DNA of 64,000 nt, taken from NCBI RefSeq assembly GCF_044704955.1, contig NC_091987.1, positions 68,138,001 to 68,202,000 on the forward strand, in the 5' to 3' direction. Each line of letters starts with the position of its first letter. Positions within the stretch are counted from its first letter, which is position 1. This DNA comes from Pristiophorus japonicus. Lineage: Eukaryota. Below, piece by piece: positions 1-12,412 of this stretch. The notes below the pieces were generated by a model. It was not told where the DNA came from, did no database searches, and saw only the letters and a program-made list of their open reading frames with translations. A program made the translations under genes and the position numbers.

Positions 1-1129
1 TGGGATTGGTCCAGTGCTGTATAGTGCAGAGCTGCTGTCAGTGTGGTGGTTACCTCAGCAACCATAGAGCCAGAAGAAAAACGGATAAATGACACTGTGT
101 GGTACAATTGTGTGCTATGCAGTGAAGCGTTATGCTGTACAGTGTTGTGCTAATCTATGCTAAACATTAGTGTTGTGCAGTGCAGCACTGTGAGGTACTG
201 TGCTTTACAATGAAATGGAACCTCAAGAAAAGTCTCAATTTAAATGTCCAGCAACTTCTCTTTTGAGAAAAAATATGATCATTTTGGCTGACTTTGGGCA
301 GTACCTGCTTCTCCAATGATATCACTGCCAGCTTGACAGCCAAAGTACTACTGGGCAGATCGGGACTCCTCAGGGAACCAGTTATTAATGACAGCACACA
401 CGCACACACACATTAGGAGCAAATGTGTTCAAATTTCAAATTTGGACAGCTGCCCCATTGGTTACTCAGCCCCGTGAAGCATTGGAAATTTGAATCAGCT
501 GATTTTAATGTGGGGTTTTTGTACCTTAAAGGAATGTGTGTTTATTGTAAATTATGTATTAATTCTTTAAATGCTAGCTAATGCAGTATCTCATGCTGTA
601 CAATGCTGATTCTGTCCGTTCATCCCATTGACATGAAAGCCAGAATGGTAAATTCAATATACGAAACCATCCTACCATCTACTCTGAAGTTGCTGGTACA
701 AAAAATATCAATTGTCCATTATCACACACATACAGACATGTACAACTGAAATTGTATACAATACTACTGTTTATAAATTGGGAAATGTGAGACAAAACCA
801 GAATTAAAAATGCAATTCTGAATCTTCAGTGTAATTGCAGTTGGAATTCAGAAGGTTTTAAATACTTAAAATTGTATTTTCTGATAGTCACTATTCATTT
901 TTGTACATTTTATTAAGAAATAACTTCATAAAATATAGGTTTGTATTCTCTTTTCTTAAAAAAAGAATTTTAAAAGCAACCCCAAATTGGAAACAAATCT
1001 CATCCAAGCCAAACATATAGATGGAAACTTTGAAAATGCCACGATTCAAGTCCCTGCAAGAATCTCATTTAATTTTCATGAACTCAATTCTTATTTAAAG
1101 ATTTATTGGCCTTGGAAGGGCCACAGCAC

Positions 1130-1335
1130 AGATCCACTGGAATGATACCAGGGCTTAAAGAATCAAATTATGAGGACAGATTGCATAAATCTGACTTGTA
1201 TTCCCTAGAGTTTAGAAGATTGAAGGGTGATCTAATTGAGGTATTTTAAATGATTATGCAATTCGATTGGATAGATACAGAGAAACTATTTCCTCTGGTG
1301 GAAGAATCTAGAAAAAAAGGACACAATTGCTGTGC
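1130..1335 (+). mobile_element. Old CR1 LINE fragment
   Basis: Degenerate 3' RT-region sequence (ggaatgataccagg...gagtttagaag...ggtgatctaattgagg) similar to other CR1 copies in the window. Confidence 0.65.
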
Positions 1336-1344
1336 ACATTGTCC

Positions 1345-1885
1345 CAGACCCGAAATTGCATTCCGCCCCCTGTAGCATCGCCGGGTGAAAACACCGACAG
1401 CTGCAGGAGGCGTGCATCGGGCGGCCTGCCACTTCAGGGACAATGCTTAGAGGTGGCCGAGGTAAGTTTAAAAAAAAAAATTACCTTCTCTCTTGCAGGT
1501 TTTTTCGCGTGTTCCTGCCTGCTATCGATCAGCATGGCACTCTACTTGAGCGCCGGGCTGATCGGGCGGGATCGCGGCTGCTGTCATGGAGAAGGTAAGT
1601 TTTTTTTTCCTTTGCAGAGCCTGCAGTGATGGCCCTTCCCTTTAAGGGAGGGAAGGGGCCTTTCAACGCGGCAGTGCTGCACGGTCCAGTGTGCAGTGCT
1701 GCTCCACTCACCGCCTGCCTGCTGTCCATTGCGCTCCAAGAAGGAGGTGGAACGCCTGATTTAGCTCTCTACTTCCTTCTTGGAGCGCAAATGCCGAATT
1801 TTTAAATATTTGAAATCATAAGTGCCTGACGCTAATTTTTCAAACTTTGAAGAGTTAGCACCCCAATTGGAGTATTCCCCAATTT
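1345..1885. mobile_element. Harbinger-type non-autonomous element (MITE-like) fragment
   Basis: GC/CpG-rich insert bounded by ...cccgaaattgc and ...ccccaatttc, resembling the TIR family seen elsewhere; right end abuts a CR1 tail. Confidence 0.45.
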
Positions 1886-3142
1886 CATAGAATCATAGAA
1901 TGGTAACAGTTCAGAAGGCCACTCGGCTTATCGAGCCCATGTCGGCTCTCTGCAAGAGCATTTCAGGTGGTCCCACTCCACCGCCCTTTCCCTGTCGCAC
2001 AGCAAATTTTTTTCCTTCAGGAACTAATCCAATTCCCTTTTGAAAGCGACAATTGAATCTGCCTCCACCATCCTTTCAGGCAGTGAATTCCAGATCCTAA
2101 TCACTCGCTGTGTAAAAAGGTTTTTCCTCATTCCACCTTTGGTTCTTCTGCCAATCACTTTAAATCTGCATCCTCGACCCTTCTGCCAGTGGGAACAGTT
2201 TCTCTCTATCTACTCTGTCTAGACCCCTGATGCTTTTGAACACCTCTATCAAATCTCCTCTCAACCTTCTCTACTCTAAGGAGAACAACCCCAGCTACTC
2301 CAGTCTATCCACATAACTGAAGTCCCTCATCCCTGGAACCATTCTTGTAAATCTTTTCTGCACCCTCTCTAAGGCCCTCACATCCTTCCTAAAGTGTGGT
2401 GCCCAGAATTGGACACAATACTCCAGTTGAGGCCGCACCAGTGTTTTATAAAGGTTCGTCATAACTTCCTTGCTTTTGTACTCTATGCCTCTATTTATGA
2501 AGCCCAGGATCACTTAAGCTTTTTTAACTGTTTTCTCAACCTGCCTGCCATCTCCAACGATTTGTGCACATATACCTCCAGGTCTCTCTGTTCATGCACC
2601 CCCTTTAGTTTACCTTTTCGTTTATATTGGCTCTACTTGTTCATCCTACCAAAATGTATCACTTTGTACTTTTCTGCTTTAAATTTCATCTGCTACATGT
2701 CCGCCCATTCCACCAGCTTGTCTATGCCCTCTTGAAGTCTATCATTATCCTCCTCACTGTTCACTATACTTCAATTTTTTGTGTTATCTGTAAATTTTAA
2801 AATTGTGCCCTGTACACCCAAGTCCAAGTCATTAATATATATCAAGAAAAGCAGTGGACCTAGTACCAATCCCTGTGGATCACCACTGTATACCTTGCTC
2901 CAGTCCAAAAAAATAACGTGCACCACTACTCTCTGTTTCCTGTCACTTAGCCAATTTTGTATCCATACTGCCACTGTCCCTTTTATTCTACAGGCTTCAA
3001 CTTTGCTGGCAGGCCTATTATGTGGCACGTTACCAAACGCCATTTAGAAGTCCATGTACACCACGTCAACCACATTGCCCTCATCAACTCTCTCTGTTAC
3101 CTCTTTAAAAAAAACACAATCAATTTAGTTAAACACGATTTA
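1886..3142 (-). mobile_element. CR1 LINE, 5'-truncated
   Basis: Minus ORFs FxxVPH...WIQNWLSDRKQRV...PQGLVLGPLLFLIYINDL and LYKTLVRPQLEYCVQFWAP; (CATAGAAT)n tail on +. Confidence 0.92.
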
Positions 3143-5008
3143 CCAAATCAAGGGCTATGCAGTACAGTACTATACTATGCTCCACTGTATGATATTGTGA
3201 AAAGCTGAATGGATGATAGACTGTTTCTGTGGGTGGGAATGATATCCATTACTACCTATGCTATTTTCTGCAGCATGTTCCCTTTTAAATCTTTTGGCCC
3301 ACGTTGTCCTACAGTAATATAATAAAGGGTGTAGGTCCAAATATTTTGAAGCCTATCCACAGGAGATGAACTTGATCAAAATTGATCGACTGGGATTGCC
3401 TTTGCGAACATGAGCCACTGAAAGGAATGAAGTCATGCACCTTAAGGCACCTAGACAGGGGCAGGGGTTGGTTTGATTGAACTATATTATTGAGCTATTC
3501 CAGTAGTGTTACCCACCCACTTCAGAGACTGCTCTGCAGACAGAAAGGTAAATGTTAATAATCAAATCATGTTTTCACTGATGCCAAATAAATGACAAAA
3601 TGTTCAAAAAAACAAACACAAAGAAATGAACTGCATACCTTTATTCTGTGTTAAAGTGGTCTCAGGATTTTTCTTTTGTCTTCTCCATTTTTAAAATGAT
3701 TTTATTTTCTTCATATTCATTCTATGCCACGTACCATACCTCCTAGTGGTTGCTGCTGGCTATGGTGCTTTTGAATTGGCTTCTGGGAGATGCACATGAG
3801 CAGCCAGTGTGACTTGTCACTGGTTTGTATTTTCCCTTTCATCCCCAAAGAGGCATAAAACATGTTTGCCATCTCAGATGAAGGTACTGCTAGAGTCATA
3901 GGTCACACCACGTGGAGATCGGAGGGTAAATACATCAACGTATCATGCATTATAGCAGTATTTTGGAATGCCTTCTATTCATTTTTCGAGAATGTTTAAA
4001 GTAATATTACTGTTTTTAAAAAAAAAAATCAGATGGTTGCCGAAATTGTGCCTTTGAGATTGCGCCTATAAAAAGTGATTCTTTTGACATCCATGCTGTT
4101 GAGGTCACTGCACTTCACTGCAATAGCAGAGGAAGCTCTACATCTTAGTGTTAGCCCCATGGGCCGCCATTGATCCTTCATTCATCGTAATTTTCTTCAT
4201 GTCAGAGGGCCATAATAATAGCACATCGAAGGCAATAGATTGCACATGCTCTGCACTCACTGGTATATGAGTTTTAAAAAGATCTTTGGTGATATATTGA
4301 CAGATTGAGCGATTCTTTTCCTTTATTCAGCCATTAATATTACTCATCTGAATAGCACTCTGCAGCTAAGGGTCATGTGAAATAAGTACTATTCCACAAA
4401 CATTTTAATAACAATGTATTGTCCTATTCTTCTGCCTTATCAGCTTTAAAATTCCACAAAATTTCTGATCCCATGCAGTCATTTTTGAAGACTTGTCTGC
4501 TCCAGTGATTAGGAATCAGGTTTTCAACTGGAGTCACTGGTTTGAATCATCTCTTCATCAAAACGTTCTACACAAGTAATCCCCTTGAGCAAAGGAATCA
4601 CCACAAGCATTGCTGGGAAATCAGCAGTTGTGTGTTAAAATACTGGTTTCTACTCACAGGAACTGCAGGTTTCTGGCAAGCAGCCAAAGCAAGAGAGATG
4701 GTCGCTTCTCCTATGGCTGCCTTTGATTATGGCTGTGGGCAACCTAAATTTTGATTTCTGAAAGTTACGGCTTGTTGTTCATAGCCATATCAGGCCGACT
4801 CAGCTGCTGTGCTTTTCTTAAACACACTGGCGATGATACCATAAAGACAATGTTATGATGGAAACAACCTTGGTTACTCACTCTGCCTATTTTAGAAAAT
4901 TAGTTTGATAATGTATAAAATTGTTTCAGCACATAACTCCATAGTAGGCGGCAAAGCAACATTCACCTAGGTGTTCCCGTAAATATAATGCTGTGACATC
5001 CAATCAGG

Positions 5009-5966
5009 AGCTTAGAGGGACAACATAATTATGAAACATCCAAACATGTCACCTTAGCAACAAAACAGGCTTAACTAAAAAAATGCAAATATACTAGTCT
5101 GCCACAATTTTTACAATACTTGTTATATATTGTTTCTTATAAAAACACTCTTTAGCCGGATAGTGTTTGCTATCCCTGGTAAGAGGATCGTCAACATTGT
5201 CAACACCTTCACCAAAGCGTACGAGAGTCTGGGCCTTACACTAAACATCCGTAAGACACAGGTTCTCTATCAACCTGCCTCCGCCACACAGTACTGTCCC
5301 CCAATTATCAAGATCCATGACGAGGCCTTGGTCAACGTGAACCATTTTCCATACCTCGGGAGCCTACTGTCAACAAGGGCAGATGTCGATGACAAAGTCC
5401 AATACTGCCTTCAGTGTGCCAGTGCAGCCTTCGGTTGCCTGAGGAAAAGGGTGTTTGAAGACCAGTACCACAAACCTGGCACCAAACTCATGGTCTACAA
5501 AACAGTAGCGATACCCGCCCTGCTATATGCTTCGGAAACATGGACTATGTACAGCAGGCACCTCAAAGCATTGGAGAAGTACCACCAATGCTGCCTCCGC
5601 AAGATCCTGCAAATCCATTGGCAGGATAGGCGCACCAATGTCGGTGTTCTCGCTCAGGCCCAACATGCCCCACCTGTGACAGAGCCTGTAAGTCCCGCAT
5701 TGGACTCGTCAGTCAACTGAGAACTCATATCAGTGTGGAAGCAAGTCATCCTCGACTCTGGGGACTGCGTAAGAAGAAGAGCCAGTCAGCTTAGAGGGAC
5801 AACATAATTATTAAATATCCAAACTGGTCACCTTAGCAACAAAACCGGCTTAACTAAAAAATGCAAAAAATACGAGTCTGCCACCATTTTTACAACACTT
5901 GTTATTTATTGTTTCTTATAAAAGCACTATTTAGCAGGATAGTGTTTGCTACCCCTGGTAAGGGGA
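5009..5966 (+). repeat. ~179-bp direct repeats (5009-5187 and 5788-5966) flanking the RTE; long TSD
   Basis: Manual alignment gives about 17 differences in ~179 bp. Confidence 0.9.
5188..5780 (+). mobile_element. RTE-clade LINE, 5'-truncated and internally deleted
   Basis: ORF GLTLNIRKTQVL...FPYLGS...LLYASETWT; 3' end ggaagcaagtcatcctcg...(AAG)n. Confidence 0.9.
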
Positions 5967-6545
5967 GGTCACTATAATTTGCTCAGCACTACAATTAAAT
6001 AATAAGCAAACTGTACATGATGTTCTGCTTGACCCTGAGCTGAGCTTCAAACGTCACTCAGGGCCATTGCCAAAGCAGCTAACTTCCCCTCTGAACCATC
6101 ATCATCCACCTTCACCTCTGACGCTGCTGAATCCTTGAATTTCATAACCTCAAGACTCAATGGGGGAATTTTAACCCCTAAGAATGGGTGGGTTATGGCA
6201 GGTGGGGGTAAAAATGATTGATTTTTCGAACAATACCGCAACCCGGGTTTGATGGAGGCTCGTTTGGATGCCTGTGAGAAACCTACTTGCCAAAGTGGTG
6301 AATTTAATTAGTGCAGGCAGGCAGGAGGGTAGTTATTGGTGCAATTAATGTCCTTAGGAAATGTTAATGAGATGTTTGTAAAACCATTTTACTTAGCTCA
6401 AAATGTAATGTCTCCAGCATGGGTTTCCCAGGGCTCGGGAAACTGACCAAGGAAAGCGAGGCGAGATTGAGCCGCAGTTCAGGTGGATATTTAAACTTGT
6501 CATTGCCCCATCTGAATAAAAGCTCGCTGATTACAGCTGGTGTCT

Positions 6546-6910
6546 CATAGAAACATAGAAACATAGAAAATAGGTGCAAGAGCAGGCCATTCAGCCCTTC
6601 TAGCCTTCACCGCCATTCAATGAGTTCATGGCTGAACATGAAACTTCAGTATCCTCTTCCTGCTTTCTCGCCATACCCCTTGATCCCCCGAGTAGTAAGG
6701 ACTTCATCTAACTCCCTTTTGAATATATTTAGTGAATTGGCCTCAACTACTTTCTGTGGTAGAGAATTCCACAGGTTCACCACTCTCTGGGTGAAGAAGG
6801 GTGAAGAAAGACTGGATCAACTGGGCTTGTATTCACTGGAGTTCAGAAGAATGAGAGGGGACCTCATAGAAACGTTTAAAATTCTGACGGGTCTCAAGTT
6901 AGGAGACCAA
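6546..6910 (-). mobile_element. CR1 3' fragment with internal inversion, inserted in the Harbinger
   Basis: (CATAGAAA)n tail; closely matches the 40249-40966 copy, but 6803-6892 is in the opposite orientation. Confidence 0.88.
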
Positions 6911-6989
6911 GATCCCTTTGGCAAACATTTGGTAGAGTTCTTGTTTGGTACAGCTTGTTTTAAACCCTAGAGGCTTTCAAACTGACAAG

Positions 6990-8110
6990 ATCGCACACTG
7001 GATGTCTTTGGTGCACATCAGAAGAAGAAGACCATCACCATCCACAGCAGCGATAATGTGCTGTGGTGGGATCAGCAGAGAGGTACATAGGAGGGAGCAG
7101 CACAGGAGGGAGCAGCACAGGAGAGGAGCCGAGGTGATAGGAGGCACGACCAACGTCACAGGGTTTAGAGGGGCTCGGCTTCTTGACCTCATGGAATAGC
7201 AATGCTTATGCAGGCTCAGGTTGTCACATCAGGTGGTACCAAATAGCTGTAGCCTCCTAGAAAAAGACCTGCTACCCGCTGGATCTGGCTGACATGCATT
7301 ACCAGTGACTGTGAAAGTCACCACGGCTCTCAATTTTTTGTCTCTGGTTCCTTCCAGGGCGCTACCAGAGACATCTGAGAGTCTCACAGTCTGCTGCACA
7401 TAGATGCATAACGCAGGTGACGGATAGATTGTTGCCAGACCAGTGAGTTATGTAAATTTTCCCTGTGATGACAATAGTCAGAACGAGTGGGCACTTGGAT
7501 ATGCCCCTCTGGCTGGAATCCTACAGGTATAGGATGCCATCAACTGCACACACGTGGCAATCCGAGCACCACCACAGCAACCAGGAGTTTTTAGAAACAG
7601 CAAGGGATATTCGTTCATCAATGTGCAGCTGGTGTGCAACTGCAAGAAGAGGTTCATGCAGGTGTGCACCAAAGTCCCCGAGAGCTGTTGTGATGCATGT
7701 GTACTGCGGCAGTCCGACATTCTAGATCTTTTCGTTCCAGGAAGCAGACTTAAGGGTTGGCTCGGAGGAGACAAGGGATACCTCCTTCAAACTTGGCTCA
7801 TGACACCTGTAAGGAACCTCAACAATGAGGCGCAGAAGCGCTACAATGAACCACATGACCACCAGGTGTGTCATAGAGCAAGGCATGGAGCAAGGAATGA
7901 AGCGTTTCCGCTTCCTAGATAGGTCTGGAGGCAGTCTTCAGTACGTGCCAGCGAGGGTGTCCAGAGTAATAATGACGTGTTGCATCCCGCACAACATTGT
8001 GCAGCAGAGAGGATTGCAGGAGGAGGAGGACGAAGGGGCTCATTCAGAGGAGGAGCAGGAGGTCGAGGAGCAGGAGGAGGAGGAAGATGAAGATGGGGCA
8101 CCTTGTGTAA
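6990..8110 (+). pseudogene. Harbinger DDE transposase remnant A (HARBI1-like family)
   Basis: Frameshifted ALPVTVKVTTALNFF.SGSFQ, FRNSKGYSFINVQLVC, WLGGDKGYLLQTWLMTP, MKRFRFLDRSGGSLQY, acidic tail. Confidence 0.88.
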
Positions 8111-8376
8111 AACAAAAGAAATGAAATCCTGTGGTTCACTCCCACCAGGACTAACCCCCTCCCCTTGCACTAAACAGTCCTTCAACCACTCATCCACCCC
8201 TTGCACATCCGCCCAATGCATCTCGTCATTTATTGACATTCATCATGAAACAAATGAAAGGACAAGTTGGCAATCAGGACGTAGCAAAGCATGGAAGTGG
8301 TGTTAATCAATAAAGTTTATGCGGCATTATAAAAAAAGGAAACTTATCATAACATGTTGTCAAACACCCATTAGCC

Positions 8377-8890
8377 CAGTTGGTGTGTGACCACAACCGC
8401 CAAATCATGGCCGTAGATGCCCGGTATCCTGGCAGCAGCCACGATGCCATCATCCTGTCAGGTCTGTTTCAGCCGGCAAATGAAGGTCGCGGCTGGCTCC
8501 TAGGAGACAAGGGGTACCCACTGTGAACCTGGCTCCTGACTGCCCTTCGCAACCCCACCACTCCTGCGCAGCAATCTTACAATGAGTGTCATTCGGCCAC
8601 CAGGAGCATCATTGAGCAGACCATCAGAATCCTTAAACAGTGGTTCTGCTGTTTTAATCGCTTAGGAGGAGTGCTGCAGTAATCACCTGAGCAGGTGTCC
8701 CTATTCGCCGTCATTTGCTGCATGCTTCACAACCTGGCAATCATGAGGACACAACCATTGGCCAACGACATAGCCGTAGCACCTGAGGAGGAGGAGCAGG
8801 AGGAGGCTCTGACACCACGCAGGAGGTGGCCTCACCATCCTGATCCTGCAGGGCACGCCTGAGACCGTCTCATTGCTGCTCATTTTCACT
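8377..8890 (+). pseudogene. Harbinger transposase remnant B (C-terminal half)
   Basis: QLVCDHNRQIMAVDARYPGSSHDAIIL...WLLGDKGYPL*TWLLT...HSATRSIIEQTIRILKQ...CCMLHN. Confidence 0.88.
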
Positions 8891-9049
8891 GTTGGTCAGC
8901 ACTTCCAGCTTCCTCTGTGCATCCCCATGGCCACACCAATGAGCCCTTCCACAAATCATTCCCCACATTAAAATGAGACACAGCAACAGATATTAAAGTT
9001 TCCAATCAACATTTGTAGAACAATAACGAGCATCAACATTCTCATTCAC

Positions 9050-10844
9050 CCTGGTGCATTTCCTCATAGCCCCTTTTACATCGACCTACTCTACAACTAC
9101 GCTGCAGTGTCGCCCCTGTGGCTGCAGGATGGTTGTGGAAAGGCTACTCTCTTTCACCTTCAGACACTACAGATCCCCTTCTAGGTCACCCTCAACCAGC
9201 TCTGGCCCTGGAAGGGCCGGCTGCAGACTGGGCCGTCTCAGCCTCGGTGCCAGAGCTCTGGATTGGCAGGTTGCAGCTCCACTGACCCAGTAGCAATCCC
9301 CCGGGGCAGCACCTCAGCATCCCCACTGATCTTCTGGAGCACAGTTGGGTGAGCTGCTGCGACACCATGAGATTCCCAGTGGACTGTGGTGGATCCAGCG
9401 ATGACGGCAGCAGTCAGTGCTCACATGGCATCCAGCTGAGACTGCATGAGAGCAGACACACACTCGATGCCACCATCCACTGACTGCATGACAGCAGTAA
9501 AACGCTCCGTGGCCTCTTGCTGAAACTGCGAGAGAGCAGTCTGAGATTCCATGCCATCAGCACTATGCTATGCCATCCTCTCTATTACAGCACTAAGACG
9601 TTGGGTCGCTGTGCTATAATGGAAGCTGCCACATCGCCCATGACACGCGTCATGAGATCTGGATCCGCACGATCTCTCTGGGAGTCCACCGTCGTCTGCA
9701 CGCTGGCAATGATGGGCTCCATGGTGTGCACAGAGCTGTCTACAATGCGGGAGGCAGACTCGTCCATGCACCTTACCACTTGCGTCAGGCTCTCCGGTAC
9801 CTTTGCTACTGCCCCTAGCATCTCCGAGTGCATGACCACATGCCTCCACATCGAGGTGCTCATCTGAGTCCTGTGCAGCAGAACTCGTGTGCAAACTTGC
9901 CTTACGGAGAGCTGACTCCTGAGGTTCCCTTTGCCCTTGACCATGCTGCAGCCCTCTAGGCCCCGATGCATCAACCACGTGCAGACCCATCTCCTATGCT
10001 AAGCTGCAAAGAATGTGTACTCCCAGTATCTGAGCTGTGTGTGCAAGTGTGAGAAGCAGTGACGCAGTGCTTGGATCTGTCTCTTCCTCGGCATTCACCT
10101 CCTCCCACATTTGCTCACTTGTCTCACGGGGCTCAGGCACAGGCTGGTCCACCTCCAGGACATCATCTGCAAGCATAAATGGGACAAAAGTGGCGCGAAG
10201 GTGAGGGGTGGACTATGCAGCAATCAACGTGCACACATTACTGACCACGTTACTGATAGGCGTTTGTCCAATTCCGGACAGATGGCATCAAAGGAACGCC
10301 TTCACTTACCAATGCTGCCCCCAGCGGGATCGACAGTGTCGATGGCCACTGGGCAGGCAACCTACGACCCCATTAGCTGCCCGAGAGGGCCTGCCAGATG
10401 GTGTTGCCATCTTGGCCTACAAAGCAAAGAATGGCTGGTGAGTGCCAACTGTAATCAACAACTGAAAGGGACCATCAACTGTGAGTATACGCACATGCCA
10501 TATGGATGACCCATCATTGAAATTCTGGTTTGCTGACTACAAACAGAAGCAGGTAAATAAGAGTTGGGGAAGAAGAGGTTCAGAGGCCGACGGTCAATAG
10601 TAGGGGGAGCATATACTCACTTTCACCACTCAAGTGATGTCGTTGAACCTCTTTCGGCACTGAATCACCGACCTGTCCAGGGTTGAGGTTGCCGACACTT
10701 CTGCAGCCACCTCTGTCCAAGCATTGCGGAAGACCTGCCGAGAGGGCCTGTCAGACTCTGGAAAGAGGAGGCGCCTCCTTCCCTCCACAGCTTGCGGCAG
10801 CATTTCAATTTGGTTGCCCTCATGCTGCCTCTCGGACATGCCAT
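9050..10844 (-). pseudogene. Harbinger Myb/SANT-like DNA-binding gene, 3 exons (10844-10621, 10416-10310, 10166-~9050)
   Basis: AWTEVAAEVSA...RSVIQCRKRFND; donors GTGAGT and GTAAGT, acceptors TTGTAG and TTGCAG; helical C-terminal exon; stops and frameshifts. Confidence 0.82.
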
Positions 10845-11302
10845 TTTGCCACACAACACACAACAAACGCAACAATCCTACTGATCAGAAGGAGCAGTAC
10901 CTACCTGGAATACCTGCCCTTTAAGAAGGCCAGGGAGCAGGTGTCTCATTACGACTGAATGAGAGTCAGGTGAAATTGGGTCCTCAGCTGTTGATCCCGC
11001 CCCTACGTCGCTCTGCAGAGGCCATTTCCGCCCCCAACACCGGCCCGTTCATTTTTTCACAGAAAAGGGCCGAATTTCACTCCATTCTCCACCCCATCTA
11101 TCCAGGCAGTACTTTGCCATTTCATTCAAATGATCCATCCCAAACAGGTCAGAGGGCAATTCCCATCCCCACCCGAACTCTGTTTTATTAAATCAGGTTA
11201 TGCACTAGTGCACAATACACAAATTATTTTTACAATTGCAGAGCTGCAGTCAAGTTATTTTGTCCAAAGGCAATTGGATTGCCAGTGTCCAAATGAGATC
11301 AT

Positions 11303-11341
11303 TAATCCTCGATTCGAGGGACAGCCTATGATGATGATGAG
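11303..11341 (+). mobile_element. Isolated RTE 3' tail
   Basis: atcctcgattcgagggacagcct(atg)n matches the 3' ends of the RTE copies. Confidence 0.7.
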
Positions 11342-12289
11342 ATAACTTGTCCAGCAAAAATGATTGCTGGTCTGAAGCATTTAAGACATTTCCAAACTTG
11401 GCTTCGTCACTTCTAGAACATCTTTTGGGTTTAGATTGGATGAAAAAATTGCAACATTTTTGATGTAGGTTCCATCTTCAAAATGCATGATGGAACTTCA
11501 GAGACAGAGGAAAACAGATAAGTAAAGTGTTCTAAGACTATTTTAAAAAAACTAGAATAGTGTTTAGAAATAAAGTTAAAAACAAAGTTAAAATAAAATA
11601 GAGCAGAGTGAATGGCAAAGGAGAGAGAATGACTGGCTAGGCAAGATATAGGGCAGGCAAAATTGTTTCAAATGTTTTGATTGTGTATTTAATATTTAAG
11701 TGTTTACTTTAGTTTGAAAATCACTGCCCCACTCTGTATTGCCCTGCAGAGTGTTTATGAATGCCTCTACAGATATCCTGGCACTGACAGAAACCTGGCT
11801 TATGACCAACGACTCCTTCCCCTCACTGAAATTTCCCACCTGCCCTGCTCAAACCACCCTAACAATGGTGTAGCTCTGATTGCCAGTCCCATCTCACTCC
11901 TCTACTACTTCTTCCTTCAAGCATCTCATCCTTCTCCATTGCTCCGAGAGAGCTTGAGGGAGGAGAGTGAGAGGTTGGGGGGGGGTAGAGTGAGAGGCTG
12001 GGGGGTGGGGTAGAGTGAGAGGCTGGGGAGGAGAGAGAGAGACTGGGGGAGGGAGACTGGGGGCGAGAGAGAGCCTGGCCAGGGCGGGGAAAGAGACACA
12101 TGGGTGGGGGAGGGGGATAGGAGGGGTGAGAGGGAATTCAGGGAAGACGGATCACGTTCTTCCAGCCCCCTACAAGGGACATCGTTGGAGTGGATGATAT
12201 CCAGAAGTCACGACACTGTCACTATTCACTTCATACCCAATAAACCTGTTAACAATCCATATACAATGCCCCATCTATGTGGTGGTGGT

Positions 12290-12412
12290 GGGGGAGGATG
12301 CACTTGGACTGGGGTAAGGCATTTCGGCTGGGGGAGGCATGTACTTGGACTGGGATAAGGCATTTCGGCTGGGGGAGGGATGTACTTGGACTTGGGTAAG
12401 GCACTTTGGCTG
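12290..12412. repeat. Tandem repeat, 3 x ~41 bp
   Basis: Unit gggggaggcatgtacttggactgggataaggcatttcggct. Confidence 0.88.

Larger units (their letters stand above)
6162..11083 (+). mobile_element. Composite decayed PIF/Harbinger DNA transposon
   Basis: Two tandem transposase remnants on +, Myb/SANT gene on -, ends GGGGGAATTTT and GAATTTCACTCC (only loosely matched). Boundaries approximate. Confidence 0.75.

Noticed and set aside
100-210. Periodic TGTGC/TGCAG text (also ~3150-3200)
   Set aside because: Looks like a decayed pentanucleotide microsatellite with no further structure.
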